Positions 11,035 through 21,234 of a stretch of 64,000 nt of DNA are shown one piece after another. The translations under genes were made by a program, and so were the position numbers. This DNA comes from Epithemia pelagica. Taxonomy: Eukaryota > Protista > Bacillariophyta. Position 1 is the first letter of the stretch. Each line of letters begins with the position of its first letter. A model generated the notes under the pieces. It searched no databases. It had not been told where the DNA came from and saw only the letters and a program-made list of their open reading frames with translations. The DNA lies in the NCBI GenBank assembly GCA_946965045.2, contig OX337233.1:2356001-2420000 (forward strand), read 5' to 3'.

Positions 11035-13676
11035 ATGGCATACAGTAGTGGTTACGGATTTCTTGGTTCGCGGCAGTGGAAGGCCGTGTTATCGGCCTTC
11101 TTGTTGCTGCTGGTAGAAACAGCGGCACGGATAGCACCCAACGGCAAATGTGGGATTCAATTCTTTGCCCCTTTTACAACAAAGTAAGCTGATCCGATGT
11201 CATGCAACCGAGCAAGTTCTAGGCTTTTATTCCGTTGGTTCTCTTACCATTTCTGTGGTTGACAACTTGTTTGTTCTCTGTCAGATATGGCGAAACATAC
11301 ATTGGAGTTCGTGGAGATCCTAATATTTCAGTGGGATTCTCCAACATGGCCGCGGCGGCCTTGGCAGTCGAACATTTCAATAGTCGGAATGCTAGCATTA
11401 TTCCACAATTGGCGAATTTGACCGACTGTGATGTACAGTTACAGATTGACGGTGTCTACGATACGAGTTCGGAAAGCCACATGGCCAGTCGGTCATTCCT
11501 CAAAGAACTGCTCCGCGACAATGAGACGGATACGGAACTCTGCGCTCTTGTGGGTGGCCATCATGACACACCCGCTCAAGATCTGTCTCTCTTGGCCTTT
11601 GCCTTGGAGGTGCCAATGGTAGTCTCACGAAGTTGGGATGTTTTCATTGTCAGCGATCCACGAACTCCCTTGTCCACATCGGTGTATCCTGACACTTTAG
11701 GTTCGGCAGCCCTGGTGACTTCCTATTTATATTCCAAGGGACGAACCAATTACATTGCCGTCTTGACCCAAATGTCCACGCCGGGTTTACAACGGCGATC
11801 AGCACTTGCTATCACCTTTGATTTTGTCGGAATGAAGTGGATGAGTAGTGAATTCTTGGCCGAGTCGGATGCTCGGTCCGATTCGGCCCTCGGAGCTAGT
11901 CAAATTGGCAAACGCAACATTCATGTCGCGGTGGAAAATATCAAAAAGTCTGGATATCGGACCATTGTATTGGCGGCCGATGACCCTCATGATACGTTTT
12001 CGAGCATTGCGGATGCTGTCGAAGCACTTGGAATGAACAACGGAGATTACTTTTTTGTTGTCTTTGATGTGTTTGATATCTCGATCTTACGGGAGGCGTC
12101 GGAATCCAATAGCAACGTGACAAAGTTGCTGAATGGGGCTGCCTATGTAGTTCCACAGACACGAGATTTCTTTTTGGAAGAAGGTGTGATCAACGATCCG
12201 TTTGACCCTTTGCGGAGCAATTGGATTCGAAAGGGCCAAGACTTTGTCGATCAAGTCAATGCGTTGAATCTGATTGCCGATGGTGAACCAGGATACATTC
12301 ATGCCGGGCCAGACTTTTTTCAATCCGTGCTTCCTGATTATGGGGCAGCATTTGCGTATGATGCGGTCATGAGTGTCGGTGGAGGTGCTTGCATGGCCAA
12401 GAAAAATGAGGATGGTTCAATCGATGGTGTGGAGCATCATAAGGGAATTCGTGCATTCAACTTCCTCGGTGCGTCTGGGTTTGTTACCTTTGGCCGAACT
12501 GCGTTTGAACGGGGAGGAACCCGTGTGGCGGAAAAAATGGTGTGGGCTTCGACCAATCTACTCCAAACGTATCCTTACTATCAAACGTCGGAAGTAATTG
12601 CCTCTACGGATGGCTGGATCACGAGATTACCATACATTTACGCAGACGGCACCAACATTCCGCCAGATCTTCGGGACGAGCCAAACCAGAACTACTTGGA
12701 CCCCGGTATTAGGGCAGCGGGTCTCTCACTCATGGGAGTGGTAATCTTTCTCGCAATCGCTATTTCAGTGTGGGTGATGCTTTACCGAAAGCATCAGGTT
12801 CTTGCTGCATCGCAACCTGTGTTCCTCTTACTGATATGTTTCGGTGTCGTCGTACAAAGTTCCTCGGTTGTCACATGGGCATTTGATGAGCAAACCGGTT
12901 TGGATCAGGACCAACTGAGCAGTCTATGTATGGCATATCCTTGGATGTTCTGCATGGGATGGATCATTGTCGATGCAGCTCTGTTCACCAAGCTTTGGAG
13001 GGTCCATAAAGTCCTTCAATTCTCGCGGCAAAAAGTTAGGTTCGCGCAAGTGATATGGCCCATGGTACTCTTGTGCACAGCCGCCTTTGCTATTTTGACC
13101 CTGTGGAACATTATTGATCCTCTGGTATGGAATCGGAAGGAAATTGATGCATCCACAGGAGAAAGTATTGGCATGTGTGATTCCTCGGACAATGTCACTG
13201 TTTTCCTTGTACCGTTAGCATTGGTCCTTTTAATCCCAAGTTGCCTCATGGGTTTGATGGCATTCCGAACGAAAGATGTTGATGAAGCATTTTCCGAAAG
13301 CAAATGGATATTCATTCTCATCCTTGTCCAATTTGAGGTAGTCCTGGTCGCTGCACCTGTAGCAATCCGTTTGTCAAACGAGGAACCAAACACACGCTTT
13401 CTGGCCTTTGCTGGTTTAACCTTGTCCTTTCCGTTGACAACCCTCTCATTTATTTTTGGTCCCAAGATACTATCCTTTTCACGAGCGTCAAGAGGCCATC
13501 ATTCCGAACGACCACTGCGTGGAGAGCGCTCCAAGAGTGTCCGTGTGACTGGATTTGCCGCGGGAGATACAACATTGGGCCCTGGCGCAATACATGGCTC
13601 AAGCATGCCGGAACTTCTCAGCAATGCGGTTAGCAGCTTAGCATTGCTCGGCATATCAATCAAGGTTATCCAGTGA
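11035..13676 (+). CDS. Class C (GABA-B-like) GPCR with periplasmic-binding-protein/ANF-type ectodomain
   Basis: Exon 1 11035-11183 (signal peptide MAYSS...VLSAFLLLLVETAA), intron 11184-11284, then an 813-aa ORF. It has an ectodomain (AFAYDAVMS, FLGASGFVTF) and seven hydrophobic segments with 7TM_3 hallmarks (VLAASQPVFL, ALFTKLWRV, DPLVWNR, AFSESKWI, FIFGPK). The C-terminal end is uncertain (see findings). Confidence 0.9.
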
Positions 13677-14297
13677 GTCGAAAGAGTCAATCAACGCGGC
13701 GGGTGAGATAGAATCTGTCAATGAAGCATCCGACGAACTGTCAATCCCGGATGAGGCAGATGTATCACCAACGAACGCGGATCTACCTCTACCTGAGCAA
13801 TTTTCGGAGGAGGCATATGAATCTGTAAAATTGGAGTTGTAGTGTTGACTCGATAGTGAGCATTCCTTGCGTCGACATGCAACCATCGTGGACAGATTCT
13901 TTCACCAGTGAGAGTTAAATGCTGACATGACTGAGAATGACAGATCTTCCAGAGGCCGCGGCCTGCTGTGTTTTTAGATCGCTTTACCTCTTGATGAGAG
14001 GATGAGAGGTGGACAAGTCTACTTCCCGGAGGAACTGCTTCTCAAACAGAACAGGAATGCTACGATTTTGAGAAGGGATTGTAGTTTGGGAGCACTCGAT
14101 TTCGTGGCCTCCTCAAGATTATAAGAGTCAGCTTACGGCGCCGTGGTTCACATTTAGCCATGCAAAGGGTAGATATTGAAATTAACCTTGCTATAGTCCT
14201 ACTACCAGTCCTATTACCGTTAATTATAAGTCCTCAACAACGTCCAAGTTCGATGGCCTCTGTTGACATTGTTCATGTTCCAAATTGAAGACCCCAG

Positions 14298-14440
14298 CGA
14301 TACCCGGTAAAAGGAATCCAATCCTTATCAATCCGAGGGTTGATCTCCTTTGATTACACAGGATAAGACCTCACCGATATCCGTTAAAAGGAAACAATCC
14401 TTATCAATCCGAGGGTTGCTTTCCTTCGATTACACAGGAT
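14298..14440. repeat. About 77-bp-period tandem duplication covering the stop codon and proximal 3' UTR of the VOC gene
   Basis: cgatacccggtaaaaggaatccaatccttatcaatccgagggttgatctcctttgattacacaggat (from 14298) vs cgatatccgttaaaaggaaacaatccttatcaatccgagggttgctttccttcgattacacaggat (from 14375). Confidence 0.9.
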
Positions 14441-15554
14441 CATATTTTGGAACCTTCAGATATTGCCCATGTCGCAAGGGCCGTGTTTCATGTTCCAGTT
14501 GAAGAATTGTTTCGCCTGTGGCCACATCAATAATGTTTTTGAATCGCAAGGTTCGACTTGCTCGTGCTTCATCCCAGGTATCACAGGAATCCAGGTGAAC
14601 AAAGCGAGGATTGGTCCAAATCAGCTTTCGATCCGACAATCTTTGATAGAGCGCGGCAAAATCATTGACGTATACACAAACATGAATGCCCTCCATGGCC
14701 TGGATCGATTCTGCGGGAATCTGCTCTGCCGTATGTTCTACAAACACCAAATGGATACCAGGGCCAACTTCTACTATGGCGCAATCTCGATTGTCACGGT
14801 GTGCCTCCCAAACAACGCAACCAACTAGTTCTCGATAAAAGGTTGCCACATTGCTGGATTTACCTTTTGGACAGGGCACTTCAATGAATCGAATCCCAGG
14901 CTTTCCTCGAACGGCCATGCGATGACTCCCGTAGACCCCTCCTTCTGCGTGCATATTCACCATTTTCATGGGTGTCGACAAGGGCTCTGAACGAGATAGC
15001 TGGGAGTCGTCCTGAAGAGAGAATATGTTGAATCGATTGCCCCATGGGCCTTGTAGCACCATACAATCTTTCGAGTCAGAAAGAACACGAAACTGGGTTT
15101 CCTTGAGTGTTTCATGTGCCACCGCAACCCTTTGACGCAATCATTCCAAGTCGGGAACCACCAATCCAATGCTTCCTCCGGCAAAGCTCTGGGCCGGTTC
15201 GCCGTTTTCAGCCAAGTGGAATTGTTGTTGACCCAAGTTCACGTGGAAGGACTTTCCTTCGTCACGGGTGAATCCGAGGACAGTCAAGTAAAAGTACTCT
15301 GCCAAGGATGCCGATCCAACCACAAGATTAATATGCTCGAGCCATAAAACGCCTCGAATATCGAGAAAGTCATGAGCATTGTGACGCGCTGTATCTGTTA
15401 CTAAGGTCCGAAGCGCTATCGGTCCCAATGAAACTGGAGAAGATGTAAGTAACGAGGATGGAGCCTGAGGCACACTACTGCTACTGCTCATACTGGAAGT
15501 GATCTTGCATAACAGAGCAGTGCAAAGCAAAGAAAGGACTCCATGGAGCTTCAT
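14430..15554 (-). CDS. VOC/glyoxalase-like protein with N-terminal signal peptide, interrupted by one in-frame TGA (15141-15143): recoded gene, null allele or sequence error
   Basis: ORFs 15141..15629 and 14430..15140 abut in the same frame (GTT CCC GAC TTG GAA TGA TTG CGT CAA). VOC motifs: LEHINLVV, FYLTVLGF, SIGLVVPDL, ATFYRELVG, GIHVCVYV. Likely ATG at 15554. Confidence 0.8.
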
Positions 15555-15851
15555 TGTAAAGAGACTTTGCGGAATGACGAATGACGGCAGAGAAATGGAA
15601 AAACTAATCAGCGACCAAACAACGATCAATCCGGAAGTAAATCATTGCGTCTGCGTCTGTGATTTTTCTGTCTGCGCGTTCCAACAAAAAGAATACTTGT
15701 CGATGGCATTCGACAATCATTGATGCAGCCTGTCATGACGATGTCTGTTGTGATTATCAGATGACGCTCAATCCCATGTCGATGGCTCTGTTGTCGAAAC
15801 CCTATGGGATGCCATCATTGGCTCATAAATTCGCGAATGCAGTGAACGACA

Positions 15852-17908
15852 ATGCAGGTTGTGATTACGCAGACTCCAACTGTCGCTTCTTCGAAGGACG
15901 GGGCTTCCCCCAAGACTTCGAACGACCATGATGCCAAGAGCAGTGTTCCACGAGGCCATCGCTCACTGATAGAATCGGATCCGGTCTTGTCGTCTGAAAT
16001 GACAGTGCTCAAAGCAGATATCGCTTCCATCGAAAGCTGGTGGAAAGAACCTCGCTGGGAACATACCAAGCGCAACTATTCCGGTACGACCCACTTCAGC
16101 CCCCCATAAATACAATGGAAGGCTTTCTGGCTTTTGAACTCATCCTTTGCTTCTTTGGTTCTAATTTTTCAGCGACGGACGTGGCTTGTCTTCGACCGTC
16201 CGCAGAAGCTCGCGGTGGAGGAAACCGAATGGCCCCCAATGTAAGCTTTTCTTCGCAGCAGTCGGATAAACTTTGGTCTCTTTTAAACAAGCTGCATCAA
16301 GTGGGAGGTTACTCTCATACCTTTGGGGCGCTAGACCCGGTTCAGGTCATTCAAATGGCTCCTCATCTCTCCTCAATCTATGTTTCCGGGTGGCAGTGTT
16401 CGAGCACTGCTTCCACTACGAACGAACCAGGTCCAGGTATGTATTGCATAGCTTCACGACACGCATTTGGCAGCTTTGGTTACATATATGTCCTTGCATG
16501 ATCTGACACTTCTACATTTTCCTCGTTCGGAACAGACTTTGCCGATTACCCTAGTAACACGGTCCCCAATAAGGTATGTATTTACATCGTGCTTCACTGC
16601 GTTGATGGCAAATCGAAAGGCATCAGATACATTTCTTACAGTGAAGGTGTCTGGTTTTTATAGGTTGATCAACTGGTTCGTGCTCAACTCCACCATGATC
16701 GCCGACAACAGCAAGAACGAACTCAGGCTCTTCTCAAGGGTCAAGATCCTGCTCCAAAGGTGGACTATTTGCGCCCCATTGTGGGGGATGGTGACACGGG
16801 ACATGGAGGTCTGTCCGCGGTCATGAAGTTGACCAAACTCTTCATTGAAGCTGGAGCCGCGGGGATTCACCTCGAGGACCAAAAACCAGGAACCAAGAAG
16901 TGCGGTCACATGGGTGGGAAAGTGCTTGTTAGCACTCAGGAACACATTGATCGTCTTGTCGCAACACGCCTTGCAGCGGACTCTCTTGGAGCCAATTTGA
17001 TCATTGTCGCGAGAACAGATGCCGAGGCCGCAACGCTCCTTGACAGCAATATTGATGGTCGCGACCACCCGTTCATCCTTGGTGTGACGAACCCTGAAGT
17101 CCCAAGCATGCGAGAATCCACCATTCACGTCCCTCTCGACCAAAGAAGCACTGCTGCAGCTCAATGGAAGGAAAAGGCGAACCTAATGACTTTTGGTGAA
17201 GCCGTTCTTGCAAAGATTGATAAGATGGATTGTCCAGACAATCAAAAGCAAGGAATGAAAACGAAGTGGATGAACTCCAAGCCCGAGACTCTCAGCAACG
17301 CTGATGCTCGTCGCGTTGCAGATGAAATCTTTGGGGAAAATAATTCCGTCTTCTTTGACTGGGAGAAATGCCGTGTTCGAGAAGGCTACTACCAGCTTCG
17401 TCCCAGCATTGACTATTGCATTCAGCGTGCCATCGCTTATGCACCTTTCGTTGACCTCATCTGGATGGAAACCAAGATTCCAGCACTGAAAGACGCTGCA
17501 AAGTTCAGTGAAGGTGTCCGCAGTGTTCATCCACACCAGATGCTGGCGTACAATTTGAGTCCTTCGTTCAACTGGGACAAATCGGGTATGACAGACGAAG
17601 AAATTGCTCGTTTCAACGATGACCTGGGACGCTTGGGTTATGTATGGCAATTCATCACGTTGGCCGGGTTTCATGGTAACGGTCTCATCACGACAAATCT
17701 CGCTCGAGCCTATGCGGATCGTGGAATGTTGGCGTATGTTGAGAAGATCCAACGAGCTGAACGAGAAGAGAAGGTGGAACTGCTGACTCACCAAAAGTGG
17801 TCCGGAGCGGAGCTCATTGACCAAATGGTGAACGTGGCCAGTGGTGGCATTTCATCTACTGCCGCTATGGGCGCTGGTGTGACGGAAGCCCAATTCTCCA
17901 GCCATTAG
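15852..17908 (+). CDS. ICL: Isocitrate lyase
   Basis: Introns 16084-16172, 16437-16535 and 16574-16663 give [52 protein letters not shown], catalytic [30 protein letters not shown] and QFITLAGFH. Confidence 0.97.
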
Positions 17909-18411
17909 AGCTAGATCATAAAGTTCCATATAGCGTGAATTTGCCCTCCTCTTCCTCGTAGATTTAAGTATGATGCGGCTAGTTCCTTTTTCTTTCCTCC
18001 CGTGCTGACCAAAATAAAATGTACACGGGGACGACCACCTTTGTGCCCTCTCTTGGCATCTCATGGTTTGGACTTCACCGTGGAGGGCATGGTAGCTACC
18101 CATTGTCCATCGCGGTGTTCACAAATGCAATTAGCAGTCCCCCCATTTGCTTCAAAGATGTGCCCATACAAGAATCGCAACAATTTCTCGCTAACAGTAG
18201 CTGCTCACATAGGGAGGAAGTACGAAACGGAGCGAAAAGGGTGATGACCTGTGATAGCTGAAACTTGGTATTAATAGGGGTGTTATTCTGGATTCAAAAG
18301 TGAGAGCTTTCGTCTTTTCCTCGTTTCTCTTTTTCCCAAGTCGAACAGAGAATGGGTTTCGGTTGTCACTAACATTCAAAAGTATGTAAATAAGTAATAG
18401 GTGTCGTTCCT

Positions 18412-18714
18412 TCAGAATCCGACTGCGCCGTCATCTTCATCTTCATCAATTCCTGATCCTGCCATTTTAGAAGCCAAATCATCAATATTGTCAACCTTTT
18501 CACGAGGAGCATTAAGATCGAAGCATGAATCCAATATTTTGGCAGCGTCGTCTTGGGCAAGGTTGCTCTTAACCAGACCACGCAGGCGATCGTTTTCTTC
18601 ACGAAGTTCGTAGTAGTTGTTACGGAGGGATTCGATCAAGAACTTGGTTCGCACACCGGACTTGTCGACCTTCTTGGACTTTGGACTCCTAGATTTCTTC
18701 TTTCCCTCTTCCAT
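18412..18714 (-). CDS. 100-aa bZIP-like protein with degenerate basic region
   Basis: KSGVRTKFLIESLRNNYYELREENDRLRGLVKSNL resembles the diatom bZIP pattern KRSRxRKKFLLESL...L.EEN..LR. An in-frame stop lies 9 nt upstream of the ATG. Confidence 0.65.
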   Translation of the reverse strand: MEEGKKKSRSPKSKKVDKSGVRTKFLIESLRNNYYELREENDRLRGLVKSNLAQDDAAKILDSCFDLNAPREKVDNIDDLASKMAGSGIDEDEDDGAVGF

Positions 18715-19071
18715 TCTTAATATTCAATCCTTGCTAAGCTGCAATTCGTAATCAACGAGCAAATCGGGGTGTATCCTTTGGGGTCTTCGTTGTTTTGTTA
18801 TATCCTCTCCCGTTGCTGCGGAAATAAGATCTTCTGTTCAAAGTCTCGACACCCGGGCACAAACTGACACACTCGACTTCGGAATGGCCTCCATCCTCCA
18901 TCCTTCCATTTACGTCTATGACTATGACCAGTTTTCCGTGGAACTCGCTTCAATGTCAGAGAACAGCAGGAGATAACACGGCTCAACACGTCAGTCTCTC
19001 GTCACGAGGTGAATATGTACTACCTAAACTTTAGTCATTTCTCATCATTTTGTGAATTAGTGCCTTTTTAT

Positions 19072-20448
19072 CCCTCGGTATCAGTGTCCACTGCTTAGCT
19101 GTTTTTTGTCTGTGCCACCTTCATAGGTTCCCAAGTGGACACAGACAGGAAATTTCACTTTTCGTCTGTCCTTTTCACCAATATGATTCCTCGTGCTGGT
19201 GGAAATGCCGGCGTGCAAGTAGCCGTTGGCGGTTGGCACCTTCCTGTGACCGTGACCACGATTCAAATTTGGAATCCTTTCATACTAGTCACAAAAAATT
19301 TCACGCGGTGTCAAAAACATCGACATTGACCATGAAGCGAGCTCTTTACGAATCCTTGTGACCTGAAGCAGTATTTTGGTTGGTTTTCTCTCTTGTTACT
19401 TGTTGTTTGTCTCTTAGCTTCTTTCATGCCCTGCATAGTTTTCTCACACGTTATCTCATTTATCTTTGTCCATGTTAAAGTTGATGGTTTGTTCTCCTTT
19501 GATTTCGTCGCAATGAAACGGAGGACAAGTCATTGTAGGCCATTTGCCACAACTTTTCCTTTGCTTTATTCGTAGTGCTGTTTGATTGTTGGTTGGTTGT
19601 CTTCATATCTTTGTAGCATGTTTTTTTACACTCATCATTGTGTTTCGCCCATCCATCATCCGTGTCGACCACAGAACCTTTCGTTGAGTGGTAGATCTAG
19701 ATGACGACAACTGCAGCATCTTGTTGTCACTAGTCCTACTATAACTAGAGGAGTAGTCATCATGGATCATAGAGTCTATCGGATATGCTGGAAGATGGCT
19801 TCTTACCTGCTTCAGAGTGTCATGGTTGTTGAAAACAAGGAAATAACACGCTGCAACGGTCTTACAAAACCTATGAAAGATGAGAACTAAACTACAGATA
19901 AAAACTCCTCCAAAATTCAAAGAAAAGAAGCTTTATGTTGTGGTTTCCAATTTTAAGCCGAGGCTGGAATGGAGAATAGGCATTCCATAGGCACAAAACT
20001 TTCGCTCTCAAAGAAGTGGAGAGAGACAGTTGGCGAATGGAGAATATCAGAAGAGAAAAACGAATACAAGAGTGAGGGAGAAGTTAGAATGACAGTACAA
20101 GAGCTGTTGTCATGGAAACATTTTGTGCGTTCAAACTTACCTCAATTGCATGAAAGGCGACAATTCATGCCATGCCATTGTGAACTGTGATGGCCTCTGT
20201 GTGATTTTATGGCGGATTTGGATGGCGCATTCTGCGAAGACCAACCAACCGTCATCCACGCAGGGCCGCTTGCTGGGCTTGCGTCTGTTTCATGAACTGT
20301 GAAAACTCCAGCTGGGTATGCGCGCCAATTTGCTTTTTAGCCATTTCAATTTGAGACAAAAAGGAAATTTCCTGTCTGTGTCCACTTGGGAACCTATGAA
20401 GGTGGCACAGACAAAAAACAGCTAAGCAGTGGACACTGATACCGAGGG
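19072..20448. mobile_element. Non-autonomous TIR DNA transposon (1,377 bp), 85-bp perfect TIRs, apparent 6-bp TSD TTTTAT
   Basis: 19072-19156 is the exact reverse complement of 20364-20448 (ccctcggtatcagtgtccactgcttagctg...acagacaggaaatttc). Flanks 19066-19071 and 20449-20454 both read ttttat. No intact internal ORF. Confidence 0.93.
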
Positions 20449-21234
20449 TTTTATTCGTAGACGCTAGAAACTATTGAGTCATGGACCTAAAATAACATCA
20501 CGATGATCCGATGATACGTCTTGGGACTGTCTTGACAAAACGAGCGACATGGGACTCGGGACTCGGGACAAAATTTCACTTTTCAGCTACCATCCTTGAT
20601 GAGAATATCTACTCCTCTAGCTTCTCTTACTCCTGGGCACTCTAGCTTGAATCACAAACGGACAAAGACAACGGCCACGGCCGCCACCTGACCTCAATTC
20701 TCCAAAGAAGGACGAGATTTACTGCTACTCTAGCTAGACGTCTCTAGAGTTGCAGCTTCTTGAGATTGGAAGCCAAGACGACCTCGTGGAGCGGCTAGCA
20801 AGAGTAGCAAGTGCTCGGGTCGAGGTCGAGGCGTATCGCACAACACGCACGTTCAGTCGCTTATGAAGCGCACGTGCCGGAGTCAGCTGGTTGACGCATG
20901 AAGAATGAAGATTGGATTCGCTGTTCGCTGGTCCGTGCGTTGGGTGTATGTGTGATGTGTGTGGCGAGTGCAAGCGGACAGATGATGCGACATGCGACAT
21001 GCAGAAAACGTTCCGTTCCCAGCCTCCAGCATTCTACCAAATTCTATGCACAGTAGGTTTTTGAGTACTCGCTCGGAAGAAACCACCGACACTATACAGT
21101 AGAGTGTATGGATCGCATTCACCGTTAAATGTGTGCTCACGCAATACAATAAGACAAAAGGGAGAACAACTCGCCTATCACGCATCACACGCAGTCACAA
21201 AAACAACAACACGACAGCAAGAAGGCCAAAAACC

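Noticed and set aside
19135-20190. Short ORFs inside the TIR element as transposase remnants
   Set aside because: No DDE or cysteine-rich-domain motif recognisable; frames are full of stops
20551-20584. gggactc tandem repeat plus aaatttcacttttc, matching the inner edge of the left TIR
   Set aside because: Only about 14 bp and AT-rich; compatible with chance
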